DNA of 64,000 nucleotides from contig CAJUMY010000004.1 in the NCBI GenBank assembly GCA_910587685.1, positions 47,706 to 111,705 of the forward strand, written 5' to 3'. The notes under the pieces were generated by a model. That model saw only the letters and a program-made list of their open reading frames with translations. It had not been told where the DNA came from and did not search any database. This document shows positions 16,616 to 25,905 of this stretch, in pieces (position 1 is the first letter of the stretch; each line of letters begins with the position of its first letter). Both the position numbers and the translations under genes were made by a program. This DNA is from an uncultured Christensenellaceae bacterium (GTDB lineage Bacteria > Bacillota > Clostridia > Christensenellales > UBA3700).

Positions 16616-17605
16616 ATGGAAAAGTATAAACGGCAAGACGTTACGCCCGTTGAAAAAGAGAACGAAAGAGATGAGAACTATCAAGGCACTAATCCGCAAA
16701 TAGACAGCGAGAGAACAAACGGAAACTATCACTTGATATATCCACAGGGCAAGTACATAGAGATGATTAACAAGCGGCTTGATACTCTTACACTCAAAAG
16801 GAAAATTCGCTCGGACGCTATCCTAATGAACTCGTTTGTAATCGGATCGGACGGAGAGTTTTTCAAGGGTATGCGAGCTTGGGAACAACACGCTTTCTTT
16901 GAAGATTGCACCCGCTTCTTTATGGAAAAGTACGGCTATGAAAATATGCTGTCCGCGGTAGTCCACGTGGACGAAACAACACCGCACCTGCACTTAAATT
17001 TCGTGCCTATCAATGACGGACGATTGAGTAGCAAAAGCCTATTCGACAGACAGAAACTTGCGGAACTGCAAACCGAGCTATGGGAACAAGTCGGAAAGAA
17101 ATACGGTTTACAACGTGGTAAGGAAAACAGTCAGGCAACGCATATTACAGCCGCAGAACATAAGGCAAAAGTCATTGTGCAATCGGCGGAACAAAAGCGA
17201 GATGAGATTGACAGACAGACCGAGCAAAAGCAAGACGAACTTGACGGACTTACCCAAACGATTGAAGCGGTAACGCAAGCGATAGGCAAGCCTATACCAA
17301 AAAAGAAGAAACAAGCTGCGGACGAAATCACGGCTTTAAGAGCAAGGAACGCCGTACTCGAAGAAGAAGTCAAGCGAGCAAACAAAGACCGTACAGACCT
17401 ATTCAGAGAGTACACAAGAGAGAAACGACGAGCGGACGAATACGAAAAGACCGTACAAGAAGTTGCGGAAATCAAGGCGGTACTGCCCGAAGGTTACGAC
17501 CAACTGTTACAGGACGTGCAGTATGAAAAAGCCGAAAGATACGAAAGAGAACGGCAACGAAATCTCGCCCGTATTCACGGACGATACAGCGACCACCAAA
17601 TGTAA
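16616..17605 (+). CDS. MobV-family relaxase (second copy)
   Basis: HVDETTPHLHLNFVP motif. The N-terminal ~190 aa are clearly homologous to 9117..10127 (VTPVEKENERDENY..., RSDAILMNSFVIGSDGEFF...). Confidence 0.85.
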   Translation: MEKYKRQDVTPVEKENERDENYQGTNPQIDSERTNGNYHLIYPQGKYIEMINKRLDTLTLKRKIRSDAILMNSFVIGSDGEFFKGMRAWEQHAFFEDCTRFFMEKYGYENMLSAVVHVDETTPHLHLNFVPINDGRLSSKSLFDRQKLAELQTELWEQVGKKYGLQRGKENSQATHITAAEHKAKVIVQSAEQKRDEIDRQTEQKQDELDGLTQTIEAVTQAIGKPIPKKKKQAADEITALRARNAVLEEEVKRANKDRTDLFREYTREKRRADEYEKTVQEVAEIKAVLPEGYDQLLQDVQYEKAERYERERQRNLARIHGRYSDHQM

Positions 17606-17645
17606 ACTTAATAACCGCTTATAAGGAGGAAAACGCCAACAGTTA

Positions 17646-17834
17646 ATGTCAAGACGGAAAAAGAACACCACAGGGATACCCGATTTTGAAATCGATTCCC
17701 TTGCAAGAGCATTATTGCCCGCTATACAAGCCTACTTTGAAACCGAAGAAGGACAAAGAGAGTTTGCGGCGTGGCAAGCCGAAAGGCAACAAAAACAACT
17801 GAATAATAAATTGAATAATAAAGAATCCCGTTAA
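17646..17834 (+). CDS. small hypothetical protein (62 aa) of the mobilisation module
   Basis: ORF directly downstream of mob, preceded by an AGGAGGA RBS region and followed by a strong terminator. Confidence 0.45.
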   Translation: MSRRKKNTTGIPDFEIDSLARALLPAIQAYFETEEGQREFAAWQAERQQKQLNNKLNNKESR

Positions 17835-17964
17835 ATCGTATAGGGATAGCCGTTGAAAAAGACGGATAAGGAAAACCGCTATATAGTGAAGCGGTATATA
17901 AATGAAAGATACATAAAAACAATGTTAAAAGGTTGCGCCGAATATTAGAAACCTATATAACGGC

Positions 17965-17998
17965 AAGAGGCAGAGCTAAAAGCTCTGCCTCTTTTTAT
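17965..17998 (+). terminator. intrinsic terminator
   Basis: AAGAGGCAGAGCT-AAA-AGCTCTGCCTCTT followed by TTTAT. Confidence 0.7.
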
Positions 17999-18004
17999 AT
18001 ATGG

Positions 18005-19095
18005 GTGAATTATACTATCAAGTGCAACAGGTGAGAATAAAAAAAGAGTTCATATAAATCAATGTGTTATAATTAGTTTGCAACAACAAAAAACACAGGA
18101 GAAATATATGAACTACACCCATCTTACCATAGAAGAACGCGCTTGTCTACGAAAATATTACGTTGAAGGAAAAAGTTACAGAGAAATAGCACGGTTGCTC
18201 GGGAGGAACGTAAGCACAATCTCGCGCGAGATTGCTCGCAATTACACTCACCGTTACGCCATAAATACATACTACCCGCACACAGCGCAAAAGTAATATC
18301 TGCTTCGCCGCTCATTCTGTCACATGGGAATGTTTTGGAATAAAGAAGTAATTGCTTACATAAATGAAAAGTTACAGTTAACGTGGTCACCGGAACAAAT
18401 AGCGAGTACGCCGTGTCATTTAAAGATGCCTACATTTAAAACGATATATCGTTGGATATATGAAAAGTATTTGGCAGGCGGGAACGTTAAAGTATTACGG
18501 AAGAAAGGCAAAACGAGGAAACGGCTTGGAAACGGCGGAAGATTTACAATGGGGAAAAGTATACGAAAACGAGATAAAAGCGTATATAAACGCAAAGAAT
18601 TCGGACATTGGGAAGCAGATACGGTAGTATCCGGACGAGGAAAGACGAAAGCCTGTTTTGCAACGCTTGCGGAAAGAAAGACAAGATTTTATATAGCAAT
18701 TAAGATACCGAACAGAAACGGTGAAACAATGGCGAGAGCAATAATACAAGCATTGGGCAAGCTGCCGAAAGGAGCAGTTAAGACGATAACTTGTGACAGA
18801 GGCAGCGAATTTGCTAATTGGCGACAGGTTGAAAAAGAACTTAATTGTGATATGTATTTTGCAGACCCGTATTGTGCTTGGCGGAAAGGAACGAATGAGA
18901 ACCTGAACGGTTTATTGAGAGAATTTTATCCCAAGGGCAGAAATCTTTCTCGCGTTTCTAAAAAAACGCTCGAAAAAAATCTGGCGTTAATTAACGCCAG
19001 ACCGAAAAAGGTTTTGGGCTTTAAAAAACCCGTTTATTTATTTAACTTTTTTTTAACTAAGTGTTGCACTTAGTTTGACAATTCACTATATGAGT
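18005..19095 (+). mobile_element. IS30-family insertion sequence
   Basis: Imperfect terminal inverted repeats GTGAATTATACTATCAAGTGCAACA (left) and TGTTGCACTTAGTTTGACAATTCAC (right). TATATG occurs in both flanks but is not flush with the IR ends. Contains an IS30 transposase. Confidence 0.75.
18108..19073 (+). pseudogene. IS30-family transposase with an in-frame TAA stop
   Basis: The N-terminal HTH part (MNYTHLTIEERACLRKYY...TAQK) and the DDE part (...WSPEQIAS...HWEADTV...DRGSEF...NENLNGLLREF) are in the same frame. They are separated only by TAA at 18294..18296. Confidence 0.8.
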
Positions 19096-19279
19096 ATAAC
19101 TTTAAGTTATATTTAATAAATCATAATAATTCTCTATTTTTCGGTGTAACACAAAACTACTTAATTATAGACACATTCTAACTTGTTGACCATCCATTTG
19201 GGCTAGCACTAACTTCAATAAAAAAGTTGTAAAAATTTTATTTTATCCTTATTGTTGATTTGCAAACTACAACTAGCAC

Positions 19280-19308
19280 TTGCAATTTTTGCAATTGTTT
19301 GCTACAAT
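19280..19308 (+). promoter_or_regulatory. promoter candidate of the AT-rich cargo operon (TTGCAA-17-TACAAT)
   Basis: -35 TTGCAA 19280..19285, 17-bp spacer, -10 TACAAT 19303..19308. TTGCAA occurs three times in 35 bp. Confidence 0.4.
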
Positions 19309-19349
19309 ATTTATTGTCGAAAAATAAAATATTGTGTCGATAAAATTTA

Positions 19350-19772
19350 ATGAGGGCTGTCATTGTGATAAATTGTCTTTTAGCCGCTTTAGAGTGGAGT
19401 GATGTTGCTGATGCTGTGTATGTATTAGTGGGTGCTATTTTAGGGATGGCATCGTCCTTGCTTATTGGCTGGGGAGCCAAACGATATGGAATACGCCGAT
19501 TAAAAAAGATGTTACGAGTGGAATTAAATGGCATCAAGCAAGAGGTAGAGGACAATATTGCAGACAGTGGCGAAATTATTCTTCCTTCACCGATTTGGAA
19601 TTTTATTGGACAAACATCTACATTATTGGATTTAAAAGTAAGCGACTATAAAAAGGTAGTAGCGATCCATGGCGCAATTATTGCGTTTAAGGAAACAGAA
19701 AGCAATAGTGCCACTCGTAGTGAAGCCAATAGACGTAATTTTATCAAGGAAATAAACGAGAATACATTTTGA
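19350..19772 (+). CDS. small membrane-anchored protein (140 aa), unknown function
   Basis: One clear N-terminal TM helix (AVYVLVGAILGMASSLLIGWGA) followed by a soluble charged domain. Lies 17 nt upstream of the NTPase gene. Confidence 0.5.
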   Translation: MRAVIVINCLLAALEWSDVADAVYVLVGAILGMASSLLIGWGAKRYGIRRLKKMLRVELNGIKQEVEDNIADSGEIILPSPIWNFIGQTSTLLDLKVSDYKKVVAIHGAIIAFKETESNSATRSEANRRNFIKEINENTF

Positions 19773-19789
19773 TTGAATAGGTAAAACAT

Positions 19790-22700
19790 ATGAGTACGAA
19801 GCATATTAGGATAATTAAAAAACTTGATGATATTCTTGGTTCTCTTCTAGAGAAAACCAAAATCCTGTGTAGCAATGTAAATCTATTTGGTGGAAGTATA
19901 TCTAATGCCTCTCTATATGGTATTTATATTCCGATGCCAACAAATTTCAAGCTTAATGTAGCGATTAAAAATCACGAAATTGAATGTATCGAGGAAGAGA
20001 GAGTATATCGGGATGATACGCTAAAATATTCTAAAGGTATAAATGAGAACATAAAAAAGCTTGGAGGTCAAGTATCAAGCATTTTAAGAGATGGGTTGGC
20101 TAATCATGTGAAAAATGGAGATGAATATAATTTTCCGGATCCCCATGATAGACCCCTGATTATGAGTGCACCTTGGGCAGATGGCTATAAAAAGAACTAT
20201 TGGACGCTGAATGTTTTTGATATAGTATCTATTTACGATCGAGTAGCGTTATTGGGGAAGCCCGGGACAGGTAAAAGTACGGCGTTGAAGTATCTGGCTT
20301 CTACGCTGATTGAAAATATTCTAACGAACGAACAGATGACAAGTGTTGATGTCTTGTCTGATAAACTTTTTGCTGAGAATTATATCCCCATTTATATTGA
20401 ATTCAGAAAATTGGCTAACTGGTGGAATGAAGAGGTTGAGGCAACAAGAATAGGAAATGAAGAGAGAATTAATCTTGGTCTAATTACGCGGTATCTGTAT
20501 AGTCAAGCGGGAATAAGTTATATCAATGGAACGAGATTGCCGAGCCAGAATAAATATATTTTTATGTTCGATGGGATAGACGAAATCCCTCAGGGCATAA
20601 ATAATATTGATCATGCCTTTTCTCAGAGTGCGCTAAATTATCTCGTGGGTGAAATTGCCAGGACATATGGGGGCGAGAATAAAGAGGTTAAAATTTTATT
20701 CTCTTCAAGAATAGACGAGTTCAATAGCTATTCGTTCAACAATTTTGAAGTTGCAGAGCTGGTTTCGATGAATGAATATATAGCGATTGATTTAATTGAT
20801 AGAATAAAAACATTATGCAATGATGAATGTACGGATCCTAGGGGGTTATTGGCAGAATTAAAGGAAAAAGGATTTGGCGATGACATCGTTTTCAATCCGA
20901 TGCTGTTGTCTCTATTATCATTTGTTGCTATAGATAAAGGTAAAGGGAAATTGCCGGACAATAAATGCGAGGTATTGCGAGAGAGTATAGAATTATTACT
21001 TAAAAGATGGGCGACAAAGGGTGAAAATAAACCGGCTTTCTTCAGTCAATTTGAACAGGAGGGCAATTTATACGGACAAGCTATCTTTAAGGAGTTAGAG
21101 AAATTTGCCTACGAGTCGGAAGAAAATGGTCAAATTAGCATTGCGGTTCTATATAGTTTTATGCGTAGAGAACAAAGTAACGCAAATTCAATCATGGACT
21201 ATTTATCAAAAACGGCAGGGTTGATTGTCGAAGATACAGAGTTATCGGCTAAATTTGCACACAAAAGTTTCAGATCGTATTTAGCTGCGTCATATATTTG
21301 TAATCAAGCCAATGTCGTTGAATTGTTGCTGAAAGAAGTTGATAAAAGCATAGCTATTGGTGGAATTAATGAAACATTGACGCTAGCTGTGGAGATATTA
21401 TTAGATGATAATTCTCAAGGTTACACGTTAGAGTCGTTTGTTTCGCAGAGTCTGGATAAGTATAGCGATTATGATTTATGCGTTTGGTTTATTGGTAAGA
21501 TTGTAAGCGGCAGAGAGGGGAAATTTTATAAAGAAAGGATTATTCACAATACATATATTACAACGAAATTATTAGAAAAATTGGGGTCAGTATTTCATGA
21601 ATCCAATCAAATACCACCGAATAAGCGTATAGAGTGTGGATATTTTCTTGGTCAACTCGGTGATCAGCGAGAAGGTATCGGAAACACCGAAGCTAATTTA
21701 TCGGACATCGTTTGGTGCCCTGTAAATAAGTGCGAATTAGAATTTGGTCTTACGAAGGTCGCACGTGATATGGTGTCAAAAACTCCGTGGGGTGCCGATA
21801 TTGATTTTTCAAGGGAATGCACGAAAAAGGGCGAAACCATCAAAATGGATATTGATGAATTTGAAATATCCAAATATCCCGTTACTGTGGCGCAATTTAC
21901 AGCATTTTTACAAGACAATGACGGATATAAAAATAAAAGGTGGTATACATGGTCAGGGGCAAGTTTAGACTATTATAACGGTGTTGTGATTAAGACAATT
22001 CCAAAAGAAAATGCCACTGATTACTATTTCGATTTTTATTTGCCCAAATTATTTCGAATACCAAATCTGCCTATCACTCACGTCCCGTTCTTTGTTGCCA
22101 TAGCATTTTGTAAGTGGTTAACAGAAAAAATGAATGACGGAACAGAGGTGCGGTTGCCTACTGAAATGGAGTGGGAGACCGCTGTGAAAATGCGGGGAGG
22201 TCAAGTATATGAATGGGGCGATGATGGTGTCAATTCAGATTGGCAAGATCAATTTGTTACCAATAATTGTAACTGCCTGGGCACCAAAATATATCGAGTG
22301 TGTCCAGTGGGGTCATTCAATGATACTAAGGAGAGGACGCCGGTTGATTTAACAGGAAATGTTTGGGAATGGACATCGTCCTACTTTACTGACACACTTG
22401 GAATAGTAAGTGTAAACACAACTATTAACACAATCGAAAATAAACATCTGACAACGGACAACGCCAAAAACTTACTCATTACCGCTAGAGGGGGGTCGCT
22501 GCATAATGGTTTGAATGGCTTGCGCGTTTCATTCCGCGGAAGAGATCCGATTCTTGCCGATGCTGCCGATCGTCATTCATTTAGGGTCGTACGCACAAAA
22601 CCGCGAACGATAAGTTATTATGAAGAGAGAAAACTAGCGAAGGGAAATAATAAGAATGGAGTGGCAGAAGGTTACGGGCTTCCTGTAAATCGAGGTGACA

Positions 22701-22960
22701 AAATCACTATAATGTATAGGATTAGTCGGAATAAAGAACTTATACAGCCGCAATCCGATTTTACATTTGTTTTGGGAGATGGTATAGTTCATCAGGCTTT
22801 GGAAAAAGAGATCATGAACAATCACAGAAGGGCATGCAATTTTACAAAGCATTATTTAGGTAAGGATCTTTTTAATGCAAGTGGGTTTAAAAATATTATT
22901 GCGCCCAATGATGAATTGGAAGTGTTCATACACATAAAAGACACTATGGAAATCAATTAA
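19790..22960 (+). CDS. NACHT/STAND P-loop NTPase fused to FGE-sulfatase (SUMF1)-like and FKBP-like C-terminal domains
   Basis: Walker A LLGKPGTGKST (aa 154-164) and NACHT-like Walker B IFMFDGIDEIP. FGE-sulfatase motifs YPVTVAQFTAFL, LTGNVWEWTSS and ARGGS (aa ~640-937). The last ~95 aa follow the FKBP pattern (GDKITIMY / FTFVLGDGIV / IIAPNDELEVFIHI). Confidence 0.8.
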   Translation: MSTKHIRIIKKLDDILGSLLEKTKILCSNVNLFGGSISNASLYGIYIPMPTNFKLNVAIKNHEIECIEEERVYRDDTLKYSKGINENIKKLGGQVSSILRDGLANHVKNGDEYNFPDPHDRPLIMSAPWADGYKKNYWTLNVFDIVSIYDRVALLGKPGTGKSTALKYLASTLIENILTNEQMTSVDVLSDKLFAENYIPIYIEFRKLANWWNEEVEATRIGNEERINLGLITRYLYSQAGISYINGTRLPSQNKYIFMFDGIDEIPQGINNIDHAFSQSALNYLVGEIARTYGGENKEVKILFSSRIDEFNSYSFNNFEVAELVSMNEYIAIDLIDRIKTLCNDECTDPRGLLAELKEKGFGDDIVFNPMLLSLLSFVAIDKGKGKLPDNKCEVLRESIELLLKRWATKGENKPAFFSQFEQEGNLYGQAIFKELEKFAYESEENGQISIAVLYSFMRREQSNANSIMDYLSKTAGLIVEDTELSAKFAHKSFRSYLAASYICNQANVVELLLKEVDKSIAIGGINETLTLAVEILLDDNSQGYTLESFVSQSLDKYSDYDLCVWFIGKIVSGREGKFYKERIIHNTYITTKLLEKLGSVFHESNQIPPNKRIECGYFLGQLGDQREGIGNTEANLSDIVWCPVNKCELEFGLTKVARDMVSKTPWGADIDFSRECTKKGETIKMDIDEFEISKYPVTVAQFTAFLQDNDGYKNKRWYTWSGASLDYYNGVVIKTIPKENATDYYFDFYLPKLFRIPNLPITHVPFFVAIAFCKWLTEKMNDGTEVRLPTEMEWETAVKMRGGQVYEWGDDGVNSDWQDQFVTNNCNCLGTKIYRVCPVGSFNDTKERTPVDLTGNVWEWTSSYFTDTLGIVSVNTTINTIENKHLTTDNAKNLLITARGGSLHNGLNGLRVSFRGRDPILADAADRHSFRVVRTKPRTISYYEERKLAKGNNKNGVAEGYGLPVNRGDKITIMYRISRNKELIQPQSDFTFVLGDGIVHQALEKEIMNNHRRACNFTKHYLGKDLFNASGFKNIIAPNDELEVFIHIKDTMEIN

Positions 22961-22973
22961 GGAGATATATATT

Positions 22974-23717
22974 ATGGCTAAAAAATTAGTAGGTAAAGTT
23001 GCAATTGTTACAGGATCTTCTTCGGGCATCGGCGAGGGTATAGCTAAAAAATTTGCCGAAGAAGGTGCAAACGTCGTGGTTGTTTCTAACCGCGCAGTCG
23101 AAAATGGGAAAGCGGTATGTGAACAACTTTGCAAAATGGGAAGCGATGCGATCTATTGCCAAATGGATGTTTCTAACCCTGACGACATAGAGCGTTTATT
23201 TAGCACAGTTATGAAAAAATACGGACATTTGGACATCTTGGTGAATAATGCTGGGGGTCAAGTCGCAAGTCCGTTCGGCAAGACGACCTTTGAAATGCTG
23301 GACCAAGATATGCGCGTGAATGCTTTCGGTCCATTCGTTTTATCGCAGAAAGCCGCCGAATGTATGGGCGAAAAGGGATGGATAATCAACACCTCAAGTT
23401 TTCGCTCAATAGATCCTCGTCCGCCCATCCTTGGATACTGTGCGTCAAAAGCTGCATTGAACAATATCACACAAGCGCTGGCATTGCAATTGGCACCGCG
23501 TATTTTTGTAAATGCGGTTTTGCCCGGATTTGTGGAGACCGAAAATTATAAAAAGTTTGATGCTGCGTTGAAAGAAAGTTGGGTACAACAAACACCCATC
23601 AAGAGGTTTGTAACGCCGGAAGAACTTGCTGAAGTTTATTTGTTGTTGGCAACAACAGAAATCTTAACGGGTACATTAATCGTTGCAGATGGTGGTTTTT
23701 CCTTGCTTGGGAGATAA
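22974..23717 (+). CDS. short-chain dehydrogenase/reductase (classical SDR)
   Basis: TGSSSGIGEGIA, NNAG and S...YCASK motifs. The AAGGAG RBS overlaps the stop of the upstream gene. Confidence 0.85.
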   Translation: MAKKLVGKVAIVTGSSSGIGEGIAKKFAEEGANVVVVSNRAVENGKAVCEQLCKMGSDAIYCQMDVSNPDDIERLFSTVMKKYGHLDILVNNAGGQVASPFGKTTFEMLDQDMRVNAFGPFVLSQKAAECMGEKGWIINTSSFRSIDPRPPILGYCASKAALNNITQALALQLAPRIFVNAVLPGFVETENYKKFDAALKESWVQQTPIKRFVTPEELAEVYLLLATTEILTGTLIVADGGFSLLGR

Positions 23718-23725
23718 TCGGTTTT

Positions 23726-24607
23726 ATGTTTAAAAATGCTCCGAAAAGAATCGATGTTCATGCACACGCGTTGATATCTAAAGAGATAAGCATACCACGT
23801 TTAGATGGTACCGTTTTGCATGACTATAAAGAATTGTGTAATCTTTACGATAACAACGGGATTGCTATGGGTATCATAATGCCCATAGTGAGCCCGGAGT
23901 TTCAATCTTTTTTGGTAACAAATGAGGATGCGTGGTTTATGTCTAGCAATTCTGCAAACCGATTAAAATGGTGTTGCAATATCGATCCTCGCATGGAGTG
24001 TTTTTCAGACAAGACAGACTTTTCCAGAATGTTACGGTTCTACAAAAGCAAGGGCGCTGTCGGGGTTGGAGAGCTTATGGCCAATTACTCATTGGACGAT
24101 CCTATTATGGACAATTTATTGTTCCATTGTGCAGAGTGCGATATGCCCGTAACAATTCATTGGGCAGAGGTGCTTAATAGAGGGTATGGCATTTATGGCG
24201 GTGGAAATATGGTTTTACTTGAGAGAACCTTAAAAAAATATCCCAAATTAACCATAATAGGGCATTCGGTTCCTTTCTGGGATTTATTATATGAAAAAGC
24301 TGGGGGGAGACGTCTTGTCCAACTTATGAGAGAGTGTCCCAATTTATATTGCGACACTTCGGCAAATAGTGGTTATAATGCAGCGAGTAAAAATACTCCA
24401 TATTTTTATGAGTTTTTAAACGAATTTCAGGATAGAATCTTGTTCGGATTGGACATTTGTTATATTGGCGAAAATCTTTACAAAAAAACTATTAAGTTTT
24501 ATGATGACGCATTAAATAACAATTTTATTACCAGAGAAATTTATGATAAAATTAATTACATAAATGCCGTTAAGCTATATAAATTGAATATACACGAGGA
24601 AAGATAA
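23726..24607 (+). CDS. amidohydrolase-fold metal-dependent hydrolase/decarboxylase family protein
   Basis: RIDVHAHAL N-terminal metal-binding motif and a TIM-barrel-sized 293 aa. The family-level call is from pattern only. Confidence 0.6.
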   Translation: MFKNAPKRIDVHAHALISKEISIPRLDGTVLHDYKELCNLYDNNGIAMGIIMPIVSPEFQSFLVTNEDAWFMSSNSANRLKWCCNIDPRMECFSDKTDFSRMLRFYKSKGAVGVGELMANYSLDDPIMDNLLFHCAECDMPVTIHWAEVLNRGYGIYGGGNMVLLERTLKKYPKLTIIGHSVPFWDLLYEKAGGRRLVQLMRECPNLYCDTSANSGYNAASKNTPYFYEFLNEFQDRILFGLDICYIGENLYKKTIKFYDDALNNNFITREIYDKINYINAVKLYKLNIHEER

Positions 24608-25905
24608 TGGATTCATATAAAATATTAATTATCGGATTGGGACCTGTTGGATTAGCTACGGCAATCGGATTTGCGTATGCGGGGCATGACGTTGTTTGCT
24701 ATGATATTGATAAAGAACGTATTAACTCATTGAAAAATGGCGCGACTCCATTTTTTGAGCAGAATTTACAATATTATTTAGATAAACATGGAGACAAACT
24801 TCATTTCACAGATAATTTAGAGGAAGCATTTAGCGAGACTAACGTTTTCTTTATATGTGTTGGTACACCTCTTGGGCAAAATAATAGTGCAGACATGGCA
24901 GCTTTTTGGAATGCAATAAATGATATTGTAAAAAACGCAAAATGTGATTCAATAATTGTTATAAAATCCACGGTCCCTATTGGTACAAATAAGAAAGTTG
25001 TTCACTACATAGAGACATTGCATTTAAAACATGAATTTGGCGTTGTATCCAATCCCGAATTTTTGGCTCAGGGCACCTCGGTAGAAGATACTATTAAAGC
25101 TACACGTATTATTATAGGTTGTAATGCTCCATATTTGCGTGATTTAATGTTAGACATCTATGATAAATTTGATGGCGAGAAGATAGTTACTACTCCTGAG
25201 AGTGCAGAATTAATTAAATATGAAGCGAATTGCTATTTAGCTATGCGTGTTTCATTTGTTAATGATTTGGCACATACTTGTGATTTGGTTGGTGCTGATG
25301 TCGAGTCGGTCTTAAAAGGTGTTTCAATGGATCCGAGAATTGGTACACATTATTTCTCACCGGGATTAGGTTACGGCGGATCATGTTTTCCTAAAGACAC
25401 AATTTGTTTTCATAACCAAATTCAAGCTGAATATGGTTATGAGTTGGAACTAATTGAAGCAACTATAGACGTAAATAAAAGGCATCCTTTACGTTTGTGC
25501 AGAAAAATAATGGCAAATTGTGGTGGTGATTTAATAAATAAAAAAATAAGTATATTAGGATTATCGTTTAAGAAAGATACAGACGATGTAAGGGATTCTT
25601 TAGCTGTTAATATAGTTTCATATCTTGTATCAAACGGTGCAAATGTTACTGTATGGGATCCCGAAGCTATGAGAAATGCAAAGAAAATATTTGCGGATAA
25701 AGTAACTTATGCTAATTCGCTTAACGAAGCAATCGATGCAAGTGATACGATTTTTATTGCTACTGATTGGGATGACATAGTTAATATCCCTTTTGATAAG
25801 TTAAAAAATAAAAATGTATATGATGGCAGGAATTGTTATTTGAATCGTCAGGAAGAGATAAAGTTCAACTATTATTATGTCGGTGGTTCAATCAGTGATA
25901 AATAA
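24607..25905 (+). CDS. UDP-glucose/GDP-mannose (nucleotide-sugar) 6-dehydrogenase family
   Basis: N-terminal Rossmann motif ILIIGLGPVGLATAIGFA and catalytic GGSCFPKD. 432 aa. Confidence 0.85.
   Translation: MDSYKILIIGLGPVGLATAIGFAYAGHDVVCYDIDKERINSLKNGATPFFEQNLQYYLDKHGDKLHFTDNLEEAFSETNVFFICVGTPLGQNNSADMAAFWNAINDIVKNAKCDSIIVIKSTVPIGTNKKVVHYIETLHLKHEFGVVSNPEFLAQGTSVEDTIKATRIIIGCNAPYLRDLMLDIYDKFDGEKIVTTPESAELIKYEANCYLAMRVSFVNDLAHTCDLVGADVESVLKGVSMDPRIGTHYFSPGLGYGGSCFPKDTICFHNQIQAEYGYELELIEATIDVNKRHPLRLCRKIMANCGGDLINKKISILGLSFKKDTDDVRDSLAVNIVSYLVSNGANVTVWDPEAMRNAKKIFADKVTYANSLNEAIDASDTIFIATDWDDIVNIPFDKLKNKNVYDGRNCYLNRQEEIKFNYYYVGGSISDK

Larger units (their letters stand above)
6186..17998. mobile_element. 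outer serine-recombinase / MobV integrative mobilisable element (minimum extent; true ends undetermined)
   Basis: Contains the split recombinase, an XRE-orphan operon, an oriT-like site, a MobV relaxase and a small conserved ORF. It starts just after the queF terminator. Where it ends on the right (about 18.0 kb, or up to ~28.1 kb) is unknown. Confidence 0.45.

Noticed and set aside
19096-19349. TCCATTTGGG at ~19191, resembling the inner element's terminal repeat TCCATTTGCG, considered as the right end of the outer element.
   Set aside because: Only ~9 nt are similar, and no partner inverted copy was found near the outer element's left end (6097..6300). This is insufficient to call a boundary.
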